Positions 44,667 through 53,383 of a stretch of 64,000 nt of DNA are shown here, piece after piece; within the stretch, counting starts at the first letter, position 1; the number at the start of each line of letters is the position of its first letter. The notes below the pieces were generated by a model, which made no database searches, was not told where the DNA came from, and saw only the letters and a program-made list of their open reading frames with translations. This DNA is from Candidatus Omnitrophota bacterium (GTDB taxonomy: Bacteria; Omnitrophota; Gorgyraeia; Zapsychrales; Fredricksoniimonadaceae), in NCBI GenBank assembly GCA_903908245.1, contig CAIVRE010000018.1:66876-130875 (forward strand). The letters run 5' to 3'. The translations under genes and the position numbers were made by a program.

Positions 44667-46238
44667 ATGAGTGAATCGTTTGACCAGCAGCAGTCTCATC
44701 ATGATCTTATTTACGACATCCTCGTCGAGAAGAATGCCGTAAAATCTTCCGGGACTCTTACAAAATCAAAATTCTTGAACGGGCTTCAATGTCCAAAACT
44801 TTTGTGGACCTGTTGTAATTCTTCCGAAACAATACCATCTCCTTCTGTCAGGACTCAACAAGTGTTCGATGTCGGGCATCAGGTTGGCGCGCTTGCTGTT
44901 GAGAGATTTCCTGGTGGACGCCATGTTCAAGAGGATGACTTCCTAAAGAATATTGAAGAGACGCAACTGCTTTTGGCTTTGAAAGATCCGCAGCCGATCT
45001 ATGAAGCGGGGATCAAGGCGGGACGGTTGTATTCCCGCGCTGATATCCTGGTTCCGTCGAAGACAGTATCCGGGGCCTGGGACATTGTCGAGGTTAAGTG
45101 CGGGGCCGGTGTTAAAGAAATTTATCTTCAGGACATTGCCTTTCAGCGTTATTGCTACGAACAGGCCGGGGTGAAGATCGGGCGTTGTTTCCTGATGCAT
45201 ATTAATAATGAATATGTTCGATGCGGTTCTATTGATGTTGAAAAGTTTTTTCATCTTGTTGATGTTACCGGTGATATTGTTTCGTTATCCGCGGCTTTGC
45301 CGGAAATTATTGACGGCTTTCTAAAGATCATTGATTTGCCTAAATGTCCTGAAGTTTGTATTGGCCAGTTTTGTGATACGCCGTATTCTTGTCAGATGAA
45401 GTCTTTGTGCTGGGAATTTCTTAAGCCCGGGAATGTGATGGAACTTCGCGGGCGTAAGGAGACGGCATTTAAGTTTTTAGAGCAGGGGATTGAACAGATC
45501 AGGGATATAACAGATCCGGAAAAGTTATCTGACGGGCCCATGATCCAGTATCAGTGTGCTTTGAGTGGAAAGCCTTTTGTCGATCATGAGAAGATCGCGG
45601 GTTTTGTTTCGGGGTTAAAATATCCCTTATATTTTATGGATTTTGAGACATTATTTGAGGCGATCCCGCGTTTTGACGGGACACGGCCTTATCAGCAGGT
45701 GCCATTCCAGTTTTCGGTACATTTACTGACGGGTCCCGGCGTATTTGCCGAGCACTTTGAATTCTTGCATAAAGAGTCGACAGACCCCCGTCCGGCGCTC
45801 TTTAAGGCGTTGCGTGAATGTTTGGATTCTAAAGGTACCATTCTTGCGTATGTCATGAGTTTTGAAAAAGCCAGGATCAGAGAACTTGGGGAAGCTTTTC
45901 CGGAACATGCTGGATGGTGCGCCAATGTTAGTGCCCGGATCGATGACCTTATCATTCCTTTCCGCAGTTTCTTTTATTATCATCCTGCTCAGCAGGGCTC
46001 TTCCTCGTTAAAGAAAGTTTTGCCTGCTCTGGTAGGCAGGGGGTATGAAGGCATGATGATCGCTGATGGGGCTCAGGCAACATCCGAATATGCCCGGGTG
46101 ACCTATGGTAAGGGAGTTGACCCTGTTGATCACGCTAAGGTCTATGAAGACCTTGAGGCCTATTGCGGGCTGGATACCATGGCGATGGTGTACATTTTAG
46201 AGAAGTTGAAACTATTGCAGAAAGGATCATCATTATGA
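44667..46238 (+). CDS. Cas4/RecB-like PD-(D/E)xK nuclease (with Cys cluster) fused to a DEDDy-type 3'-5' exonuclease domain
   Basis: N-terminal half has D...DIVEVKCG (D/EVK), a QxxxY motif (QDIAFQRY) and a C-x3-C-x4-C-x5-C cluster. C-terminal half has FMDFET (exo I DxE), a central acidic motif and YCGLD (YxxxD exo III). ATG at 44667 lies inside track ORF 44559. Confidence 0.55.
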   Translation: MSESFDQQQSHHDLIYDILVEKNAVKSSGTLTKSKFLNGLQCPKLLWTCCNSSETIPSPSVRTQQVFDVGHQVGALAVERFPGGRHVQEDDFLKNIEETQLLLALKDPQPIYEAGIKAGRLYSRADILVPSKTVSGAWDIVEVKCGAGVKEIYLQDIAFQRYCYEQAGVKIGRCFLMHINNEYVRCGSIDVEKFFHLVDVTGDIVSLSAALPEIIDGFLKIIDLPKCPEVCIGQFCDTPYSCQMKSLCWEFLKPGNVMELRGRKETAFKFLEQGIEQIRDITDPEKLSDGPMIQYQCALSGKPFVDHEKIAGFVSGLKYPLYFMDFETLFEAIPRFDGTRPYQQVPFQFSVHLLTGPGVFAEHFEFLHKESTDPRPALFKALRECLDSKGTILAYVMSFEKARIRELGEAFPEHAGWCANVSARIDDLIIPFRSFFYYHPAQQGSSSLKKVLPALVGRGYEGMMIADGAQATSEYARVTYGKGVDPVDHAKVYEDLEAYCGLDTMAMVYILEKLKLLQKGSSL

Positions 46239-47254
46239 CGGCAAAAAAGAAGATCGTTAAGAGCGGGCGGACAGGTAACAAGAAGAAGCTCGTGACTTTT
46301 AAGAGGACGGGAAGGGGAAAGAAGGCTGAAGGTCAGAAAAAGGCTGTGGAGCGCCTTATAACGATGCTTTCGATCTTGGATAAGGGCCGCTCGATCTCAT
46401 CCAAAGAAGTTTCGGATACCCTTCATGTTACTCAACGCACAGTTCAGAGAGATCTTAAGATCCTTCATGATGCGGGTTATCCTATTCAGGATCTTGAGAA
46501 CGGACGATACCAGTTCATGGAAGGCTTTTCCTTGCGCAAGGTTTCTTTGACAGAGGAGCAGGCGTCGCTCTTGTCGTTCATGTTCGATGTTGCATCCGGG
46601 TTAGGGGAGACTTTTGAAGCATCGTTCCGTGATCTTTTTAAACGCTTACTGGCCAAAGACCTTTATACGCCTTTCTATGCAAAGGTTCCGGTTAAACAGG
46701 CTCCGTTACCGGCGACGACACAGGTTAAGTTTCTTGAGGCGTCAATTCTTGAAAGCAACCGCATTAAGATCAAATATGTTTCAGCAACTCAAATTGAGAA
46801 AGAGTATTGTCTTGAGCCGCTGAAGATCGCATTCTTTGATGGGTTCTGGTATCTGATCGCGATCAAGAAAGGTGACAAGCAGATTCAAAAATACAGGGTG
46901 GACAGGGTGCTGGATGTAGAGATCCTGGAGGAGTCGTTTGCGCCTTCTGTAAATATTGACAAGATCCTCGGTGACAGCGTTAATATCTGGTTTGACGAGG
47001 TGCGAGGTGAGCGGGTTCTGATCAGGGTGGCGCCGGATGCGGTTCAGTATTTTAAGGAGCAAAAATATCTTCCGCTTCAAAAGACGGTTGAGGAGCGTAA
47101 GGATGGATCAATTGTGATCGAGACCTTTCCGGCTAACCTGGATGAGATCAAGCACATTGTCATGCATTGGGTGCCTTGTTTAACTGTGCTTGAGCCGGCG
47201 GGTTTCAAGGCCGAGATCAAGGCGATGGTGGAGGGGTATTTGAAGGATTGTTAA
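46235..47254 (+). CDS. HTH-WYL domain transcriptional regulator (BrxR/CapW-like) with Lys-rich N-terminal extension
   Basis: wHTH (ITMLSILDKGRSISSKEVSDTLHVTQRTVQRDLKIL) followed by a WYL domain (FFDGFWYLIAIKKGD...YRVDRV); the start overlaps the nuclease stop (ATGA). Confidence 0.65.
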   Translation: MTAKKKIVKSGRTGNKKKLVTFKRTGRGKKAEGQKKAVERLITMLSILDKGRSISSKEVSDTLHVTQRTVQRDLKILHDAGYPIQDLENGRYQFMEGFSLRKVSLTEEQASLLSFMFDVASGLGETFEASFRDLFKRLLAKDLYTPFYAKVPVKQAPLPATTQVKFLEASILESNRIKIKYVSATQIEKEYCLEPLKIAFFDGFWYLIAIKKGDKQIQKYRVDRVLDVEILEESFAPSVNIDKILGDSVNIWFDEVRGERVLIRVAPDAVQYFKEQKYLPLQKTVEERKDGSIVIETFPANLDEIKHIVMHWVPCLTVLEPAGFKAEIKAMVEGYLKDC

Positions 47255-47296
47255 GGGTTTAATAATTTCATAGGTAGTGATGAAAGGGCAAATCTT

Positions 47297-48268
47297 ATGG
47301 CAGGTAAAAAAGCTGTAAAAATTGAGGTTAAGAAGAAAGATGGCCCCTTTAAGAATTTTGATGAGAAGGGTAAGCTGGCCGAAGAGGGGACTTTAAAGAA
47401 TGGTGAGTTGGAGGGACTTTATAAGGAGTACGATGTAAACGGGAAGTTGGTTGAAGAAGCCGTTTATAAAAGTGGACTTAAGGATGGTCTTTTAAAGGCA
47501 TATTATGAAAATGGGAAAGTTGAGCATGAAATAGATCACAAACGTGGTATTCCGAATGGAATGTGTAAGTTTTATGATCCGAAAGGAATATTGCGCGAAG
47601 AGGGTTTTTATAAGAATGGGTTGAAGGAGGGCGTGTATAAATTCTACGATGAAAAGGGATTGCTGAGTAGAGAGGCAATCTTTAAGAATGGCAGTGAATT
47701 GCCGTCTAAGAATTTGTTAAAACAAACGTCCAAGAAGGTTTCTTCTAAGGTGCTTACGAAGACTCAAATTAGACAGTATTTGTTAGATGATTTAGTTCTT
47801 CGTATGTGTGCGGGGCCTGAAAGATTGCAACAGGTTAAGTTTATGCCAGCAGTGTTCAATTTTCTTCGGGATTTGAAGCTTAAGCACCCATTCTTCCCGC
47901 AATCTATTGATTCTAAGGAGTTGGAGAAATTTTATATTGATCCAGGAAGCGACGCGCAGAAGACTATTGCAAGTGTTGGCAAGAAGATCGAAGGTGGCTT
48001 GAAAAAGTTTAATAAAGATCAGTATGGAGCATTTTGTGAAATCGTTTGTAAAGATCAGTCTATCATTTTAGCGTTCTTATTAATTTCTGGAGCGTATGCA
48101 AGTATGGAATATTCCGTTGCCTTACTGGCTAGTCAGTGTCTTATTCCCGGATTTTCGGATATTAATGAGAAAACGTACGAGCATGATAAGGTGAGGCTTA
48201 TGATAGATACAGAGGACATCTTGGAGAAGTTTAGTCTGCCGCTATTTCCTTCCAGGAAGGAATCGTAG
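47297..48268 (+). CDS. MORN-repeat protein (YwqK-like N-terminal repeats) with unknown C-terminal domain
   Basis: Repeated G-x-L-E/K-G-x-Y-K-x-Y-x-x-N-G-K units. Confidence 0.5.
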   Translation: MAGKKAVKIEVKKKDGPFKNFDEKGKLAEEGTLKNGELEGLYKEYDVNGKLVEEAVYKSGLKDGLLKAYYENGKVEHEIDHKRGIPNGMCKFYDPKGILREEGFYKNGLKEGVYKFYDEKGLLSREAIFKNGSELPSKNLLKQTSKKVSSKVLTKTQIRQYLLDDLVLRMCAGPERLQQVKFMPAVFNFLRDLKLKHPFFPQSIDSKELEKFYIDPGSDAQKTIASVGKKIEGGLKKFNKDQYGAFCEIVCKDQSIILAFLLISGAYASMEYSVALLASQCLIPGFSDINEKTYEHDKVRLMIDTEDILEKFSLPLFPSRKES

Positions 48269-48405
48269 ATTGTGATTGATCTGTTTAACTCATTTTCGTT
48301 TCGATGGCATGTCGGTAAAGTGACTGTTAATAAGGGCCGGGGGTTCAAAGCCGAGACTATGGCAGACACATATTTGAAGGATGGTTAAAGAGTGGTGGGA
48401 ATCTT

Positions 48406-49031
48406 ATGAACCTGACTGATTTGAGAATTGTTGTTAAAGACTTGCTAATGAAGCGGGTTTATTGTTGTGAGGCGGATTTGCAGTTTTCTTTGGCCTGGAA
48501 ATTAAAAGAAAAAGATAACGATGTTCGTTTGGAGATTCCTTTTCATGGGATTGAAGATGAGGAAGGAAGAAGGAGTACCTGGATGTTCTCTTTTTATCAT
48601 CGACGAAAGAAAAGATCGGAGTGGAGCTAAAATATAAGACATCAAATTTTCCTTATGTTGATGCTTTTGCAGGGGCGCTTACCTTGAAAGATCATGGTGC
48701 ACAGGATCTTGGTTTATATGATTTCTTATGGGATGTGTACCGTTTGGAGCAATTTTGTAAGGATTCAAAGGTAGATCGGGGGTTTGCTGTCTTTGTTACG
48801 AATGATTACAGCTATAAAAATGACGTAAAGCGTCAGAAATCGAACGCCAACCAGTTTCGGTTGCCTGAAAATAGATTGATCACAGGGAGTTTGGCCTGGG
48901 GTAATCCTGATGCCGGGTCTTTAGGAAGCCGATTGTCAGAATTTAAATTGTACGGGCAGTATTCTGTAAATTGGGTTGATATTGAAGGTACTCATTTTTC
49001 ATTCCTGATTTTTGAGGTTTTAAGGCCTTAG
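48406..49031 (+). pseudogene. hypothetical gene apparently split by a +1/-1 frameshift at an A/G-rich tract (two overlapping ORFs, 48406-48630 and 48621-49031)
   Basis: The ORFs overlap by 10 nt in different frames at CGACGAAAGAAAAGATCGGAG. This could be a genuine frameshift, a programmed slip or a sequencing error. Confidence 0.3.
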
Positions 49032-49062
49032 AAACGGGTAATTGGTTGTCCTTTTTTGAAGG

Positions 49063-49080
49063 CGACAGGATGCTGTCGCC
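49063..49080 (+). promoter_or_regulatory. palindromic operator copy 2 (GCGACA-GGATGC-TGTCGC), 10 nt upstream of TATAAT
   Basis: Read directly; precedes phosphatase A. Confidence 0.5.
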
Positions 49081-49120
49081 TTCATGCTTTATAATCCATG
49101 CAGCTAAAAAGGAGGCTGAT

Positions 49121-50092
49121 ATGGCAGTAAGAAAAGATGATTCGGATGAGGGACGCATGTTTGAGGTTGCTGATTATGGGCGTGAACTTCCAAGGGAGAT
49201 TGATCCCGGCAAGCCGTATTGGGTGTTAGGTGGTAAGGCGGCGTTGTTTGGCATGCCGCATCCGAATCGACTCGCCAGGGATGGTCAGAAGGATCTGTTC
49301 AAAAGACTTCAGAATGCCAAAGTGCAGGTAATTATCAATCTGTCTGGGAGAAGGTATGCGAATCCTGATCCGAATTGGTTTGATTACCAAGAGTTTTTTA
49401 TCACTGACGGTGGTCCGATGGATGGAGAACAGAATATTCTTTGGGCGGCCGTTGCGTATGTTGTGAAGTCATTAAAAGCCGGGAAAAGTGTTGTGATCCA
49501 TTGTGAAGGCGGAACAGGACGCACGGGTGTGACAATAGGGTGCGTGTTGTGCAAGCTTGGAAAAGGAACCGGTCAGGACATCGCGATTTGGTTAAGTGAG
49601 CTTAATAATAGACGCCCCGGGAAACGCTGGCCTGAGGCCTCTATTCAAGGGAAGATCGTTCGGGAATGCTGTCCGGATAAGAAAGGCAATGATCGTCAGG
49701 TGATTGATCCGGCAACGCGCAATATTAAGGAAGTGTCGCTTTTTTCTGATGAAGAAAGAAGCTTTATGTGTACGGTTGTAGCCGTCAATGGAGATCGGAT
49801 TACAGTGCGCCGGCATGATACGGGAGAGGTTATTGAGGTTTCCAGCAGGTTCCTGCAGAAGCAGGAGCGGCCTCGGGAAGAACAAAGGAATGTGCAGGAT
49901 ATATTTGCATCGGCCACTCCGGAAGATCTTCAGGAAAGAGCTCGTCAGTATCCCTATATCCTTTTGGATGAGGTTCAACGGACGCTGGCGCTTTTTGCTA
50001 AGAAGTTGTCTTCAGCGAAGGCTGAGAAACTAAAGAATGATCTTTTAGATATTAATGCACGGATAGAGGTCCTTAAGAAAAAGATCAATTAA
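49121..50092 (+). CDS. Cys-based protein phosphatase-fold protein A (CX5R P-loop HCEGGTGRTG) with ~150 aa C-terminal extension
   Basis: VVIHCEGGTGRTGVTIGC is the PTP/DUSP-type active site. Paralog of 51664-52248 over the N-terminal ~190 aa. ATG inside track ORF 49046; coordinate ±1. Confidence 0.55.
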   Translation: MAVRKDDSDEGRMFEVADYGRELPREIDPGKPYWVLGGKAALFGMPHPNRLARDGQKDLFKRLQNAKVQVIINLSGRRYANPDPNWFDYQEFFITDGGPMDGEQNILWAAVAYVVKSLKAGKSVVIHCEGGTGRTGVTIGCVLCKLGKGTGQDIAIWLSELNNRRPGKRWPEASIQGKIVRECCPDKKGNDRQVIDPATRNIKEVSLFSDEERSFMCTVVAVNGDRITVRRHDTGEVIEVSSRFLQKQERPREEQRNVQDIFASATPEDLQERARQYPYILLDEVQRTLALFAKKLSSAKAEKLKNDLLDINARIEVLKKKIN

Positions 50093-50116
50093 GGATTTTC
50101 TAATTTATCTCTAATA

Positions 50117-50150
50117 AGCCGGACGGCATCAAAATGCTATCCGGCTTTTT
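50117..50150 (+). terminator. intrinsic terminator (AGCCGGA-N18-TCCGGCT + TTTTT)
   Basis: Stem plus T-run after phosphatase A; a similar hairpin sequence recurs at about 52296-52318. Confidence 0.55.
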
Positions 50151-50160
50151 CATTTTATTG

Positions 50161-50178
50161 GCGACACGATGTTGTCGC
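50161..50178 (+). promoter_or_regulatory. palindromic operator copy 3 (GCGACA-CGATGT-TGTCGC), followed by TGT-TATTAT extended -10
   Basis: Read directly. Confidence 0.5.
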
Positions 50179-50229
50179 TGGCAATTGTTATTATTGCATC
50201 AGGTGAACAAATGATAACAGGAAAGGAAA

Positions 50230-50442
50230 ATGCTTATGCAGATCGCCAGCGCAGTTCAACGGGGTTCGTCAGTCTATGTTTATGATCAGAACGGCAGTCA
50301 GTTGTGCAGTTTAAGTGCCGGTAGCGGTCCCAATGATGGACTGAAAGGGTATACGGGTTGTTCCGTTAGCATTCGACGGGGTAGCACCATATATACCTAT
50401 AACGAAAAAGGAAGTCAGATCTCGGTAACATCCGCAGTTTGA
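50230..50442 (+). CDS. small protein (70 aa) with internal tandem repeat
   Basis: GSSVYVYDQNGSQLCSLSAG and GSTIYTYNEKGSQISVTSA are two ~20 aa repeats. Confidence 0.35.
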   Translation: MLMQIASAVQRGSSVYVYDQNGSQLCSLSAGSGPNDGLKGYTGCSVSIRRGSTIYTYNEKGSQISVTSAV

Positions 50443-50451
50443 GGAGAGAGT

Positions 50452-51051
50452 TTGATGCGAAGTTTTGTGATCGGCGATATTCATGGTCAGGATGAAGCTC
50501 TTGTGTCGGTTCTATCGAAATGCGGGTTTGTGTATGAAGAGGACCGTCTGATCGTCTTAGGCGACATATACGATGGATTGAAACCTGAGGCGTGCATTGA
50601 GCATCTTAAAACGATCAGGCATTTGGTGTCGATCATGGGTAATCATGATCATGCGGTCATGGATATGCAAATACGTGAGGGGCAATACGCTCCTGAGACG
50701 ATGTTCCTAAAGTCCATGCGTTCATTCTTTACGGAAGACGGGAGGTTTTTTGCTCATGGGGGCTTTGATCCATACAAGCCTCTGACGGAGCAGGACGAGT
50801 ACGATCTTGAGGGAAGTCGAAAACTTCCGTCTGAGGCCTGGAAAGCGCATATGAGGGGTGATGATTTTATGATCGATGGGTTCCGTGAGGTTTATGTGGG
50901 TCATACGCCAACCCAGATCTATGGGTTTACAACGCCGCTAAATCTTGGGAATCTTTGGATGATGGATACCGGAGCAGCGCCGAGGCTCGGTGGGTATTTA
51001 AGCGTCATGGATATTGATACCAAGGAGTTTTGGCAGGTGAAATGCTGCTAA
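50452..51051 (+). CDS. PPP-family metallophosphoesterase (Ser/Thr phosphatase / ApaH-PrpE-like)
   Basis: GDIHG, GDIYDG, GNHD and VGHTP are the calcineurin-like phosphoesterase motifs. Confidence 0.75.
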   Translation: MMRSFVIGDIHGQDEALVSVLSKCGFVYEEDRLIVLGDIYDGLKPEACIEHLKTIRHLVSIMGNHDHAVMDMQIREGQYAPETMFLKSMRSFFTEDGRFFAHGGFDPYKPLTEQDEYDLEGSRKLPSEAWKAHMRGDDFMIDGFREVYVGHTPTQIYGFTTPLNLGNLWMMDTGAAPRLGGYLSVMDIDTKEFWQVKCC

Positions 51052-51084
51052 TTCATTTCGAGTCAAGTAAGAGATTTTGAAGGG

Positions 51085-51639
51085 GTGCCTATGAAGTGGA
51101 GTGAGTTTGTTCAACGAAAAGAAGCGTATAAAAAGACCTGGGCGTTGCTTAAGGCTGAATATGCGCCCGAGAATCCGGTAAGAAAGTTCCTGGATAAGGC
51201 TTACATGAACATCTTCTTCAATGGAAAGCAAATTGATTTTAATTTAGATCCGTACACTATTGCACGTGACACTCCGGATTTCTTCGTTAAGAATAAATAT
51301 TTTAATGAATATCTTGAGTTGATTAAGACATGTAAGGCATTGGAAGATTTGTCTTATAAAGAGAAAAAGACGAAGGTTACTAACGAATTCGATCACAATG
51401 GAACTATAAGGAAGAAAGTCAGTCGATTAGATATGAAAAAGAAAGAACTTCAGCAGTTTGATGTCAATCAACTTGAAGTGGTGCCTAATCGCGCGGAAAT
51501 GATCGTCTCGACGATAGATATGGATATTATTCAGAATATCAAGGGGTCAAAGTTCTGCGATCAAGAGGCAACCTTAATGAGTCGTGCCTCAATACGGGTG
51601 ATCCTTGTTGGCGGTGATAAATTGGGATATCCATGGTAA
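51085..51639 (+). CDS. hypothetical protein X1 (paralog of 52414-52905)
   Basis: MKWSEF... and the C-terminal IDMDIIQNIKGSKFCDQEATLMSRASIRVIL align with the paralog's MTWDEF... and VDMDLIQQIKNSPYCDQEKTMMRPASINVVL. Confidence 0.4.
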   Translation: MPMKWSEFVQRKEAYKKTWALLKAEYAPENPVRKFLDKAYMNIFFNGKQIDFNLDPYTIARDTPDFFVKNKYFNEYLELIKTCKALEDLSYKEKKTKVTNEFDHNGTIRKKVSRLDMKKKELQQFDVNQLEVVPNRAEMIVSTIDMDIIQNIKGSKFCDQEATLMSRASIRVILVGGDKLGYPW

Positions 51640-51663
51640 AAGAACGATCAAGGGAGAGCAAAT

Positions 51664-52248
51664 ATGCCTGTTATGACTGAAGAACTGGATGAGCCGCGCA
51701 TCTATGAGATCGCTGATTATGGAAAACCTCTGCCGCGGGTTATGAATCCTTTGAGGGCGTATCGTGTCCTTGACGGCAACGCGTCGTTATTCGGGATGCC
51801 GCATCCGTCCATTCTTAAGGAAATAGACCGCAAGCAGTTGTTTGCTCAATTGTATGAGGACGGAGTTCGTTATCTTATTAATCTGACTAAAGAAAATTCA
51901 GGTGCTTCATATTCCGACAGGATTTTATTATCATCGTTTTGTCCTGTTACGGATCAGGGACCAAAAGGGGCTATTGAAAAGACTATGCTTTTATCGGGCG
52001 TAGATAGCGCGGTAGCGGCTTTAAAGAATGGCGAGGGGGTTGTGATCCATTGTTGGGGAGGAACCGGGCGTACGGGGACGGCCATCGGGTGTATTTTACG
52101 CAAGCTGGGTAAAGGCTCCGGTGTAGAGATTGTGAATTGGCTTGGTGAGTTGAATCAAAGGCGTGAAAGGCATTGGCCGGAGTCACCGGTACAGGCTGAA
52201 GTGGTTAGGGAGTGTCAGCCGGGGGAAGATTTCTTTGATAGGCTGTAA
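51664..52248 (+). CDS. Cys-based protein phosphatase-fold protein B (HCWGGTGRTG)
   Basis: VVIHCWGGTGRTGTAIGC; the N-terminus IADYGKPLPRVMNP...LFGMPHPS is paralogous to protein A. Confidence 0.55.
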   Translation: MPVMTEELDEPRIYEIADYGKPLPRVMNPLRAYRVLDGNASLFGMPHPSILKEIDRKQLFAQLYEDGVRYLINLTKENSGASYSDRILLSSFCPVTDQGPKGAIEKTMLLSGVDSAVAALKNGEGVVIHCWGGTGRTGTAIGCILRKLGKGSGVEIVNWLGELNQRRERHWPESPVQAEVVRECQPGEDFFDRL

Positions 52249-52330
52249 TCTTTAAGGCAGAGAATTTTGAACGCTGTTGTTATTAAGGCCGGGCGACATG
52301 AAAGTGTTATCCGGTTTTTCTTTTTACTAA

Positions 52331-52348
52331 ACGACAGGATGCTGTCGC
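52331..52348 (+). promoter_or_regulatory. palindromic operator copy 4 (ACGACA-GGATGC-TGTCGC)
   Basis: Read directly; preceded by a hairpin resembling the 50117 terminator. Confidence 0.45.
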
Positions 52349-52413
52349 GTGAGTGTTTTAAGGTTATGTACGGTGTTGATCCGGGCAGGCAGGTGAATCG
52401 GGCGGGGGGTGTT

Positions 52414-52905
52414 ATGACATGGGATGAGTTTCTGGCAGAAAAGAAGTTGTATGTTCAATCCTGGAAGAAAATGAAAGAGGGCGCTACAGAAGATATGCAG
52501 AAGTTTCTGAGCAAGTCCTGGATCGTGGTGTATTGCAAACAGCAGTTTGATATTGATGCGGATTTTATGACTGTTTTTAATGAATGTCCTTCATTCTTTC
52601 AAAATGTGCCAAGGTTCACCAGGATCAAAGCGCTCTGTGAAGAGATGAAGACGCTTGAGAAACGCATTAAGCGGGAGAAAGAAAACCATAGTGACCTGCT
52701 GGAAGATAAGAAAGATCTTCAAGAAGAAATAGCGGAGTTGTGTCCGGGGGAGCTTCCAGTTGATGATTCCTGGAGGATTGAGGTCAGGTTTCCTACTGTA
52801 GATATGGATCTGATCCAACAGATCAAGAATTCTCCGTATTGTGATCAGGAAAAGACAATGATGCGCCCTGCCTCTATTAATGTGGTGTTGAAGAACGTAC
52901 TGTAA
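52414..52905 (+). CDS. hypothetical protein X2 (paralog of 51085-51639)
   Basis: See X1. The start was chosen by paralog alignment; alternatives are ATG 52366 and the track start 52267. Confidence 0.4.
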   Translation: MTWDEFLAEKKLYVQSWKKMKEGATEDMQKFLSKSWIVVYCKQQFDIDADFMTVFNECPSFFQNVPRFTRIKALCEEMKTLEKRIKREKENHSDLLEDKKDLQEEIAELCPGELPVDDSWRIEVRFPTVDMDLIQQIKNSPYCDQEKTMMRPASINVVLKNVL

Positions 52906-52912
52906 AGACCGT

Positions 52913-53314
52913 ATGGAAGAAATCAATGGAAAATTAAAGGTCAGACTTTCGCCCGCAGTTATTAGAGGGTGGACCATCGAGTTGGATAGGATTTTTCGTT
53001 CCTGTGACAGGAATGATACAAAGATCAGAATCTTCAAGTTTTGTTATCAGCCTGTAAGTGGCGAGTTGATTTTTGACGGGTCATATTTTCATGCTGACAT
53101 GCTTAGAAAGCATGGATGCCAAAAGTTCGATGAGTATGTTCGTGGGATCTGTTTCTGGAAGAAACGGGTTATTTATCTCAGGGGGCATGCGAATGAGGAT
53201 TGGCTTAATAAGACAAAGGCAATGCTTCGTCAAAATGGTGTTGGGCGGCATATCCGGATTATTTGGGGAGAAAAGGCAGCACATGAGCTTCGTCACGATT
53301 TGATTGGCCTGTAA
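52913..53314 (+). CDS. hypothetical protein (133 aa)
   Basis: ORF in operon context; no recognisable domain. Confidence 0.35.
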   Translation: MEEINGKLKVRLSPAVIRGWTIELDRIFRSCDRNDTKIRIFKFCYQPVSGELIFDGSYFHADMLRKHGCQKFDEYVRGICFWKKRVIYLRGHANEDWLNKTKAMLRQNGVGRHIRIIWGEKAAHELRHDLIGL

Positions 53315-53319
53315 ATTTG

Positions 53320-53337
53320 GCGACAGGATGTTGTCGC
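53320..53337 (+). promoter_or_regulatory. palindromic operator copy 5 (GCGACA-GGATGT-TGTCGC), followed by TGT-TATACT extended -10
   Basis: Read directly. Confidence 0.5.
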
Positions 53338-53383
53338 GGCCAATTGTTATACTTGATCCCGGAAGACAAAAACGGGAGAGGTT

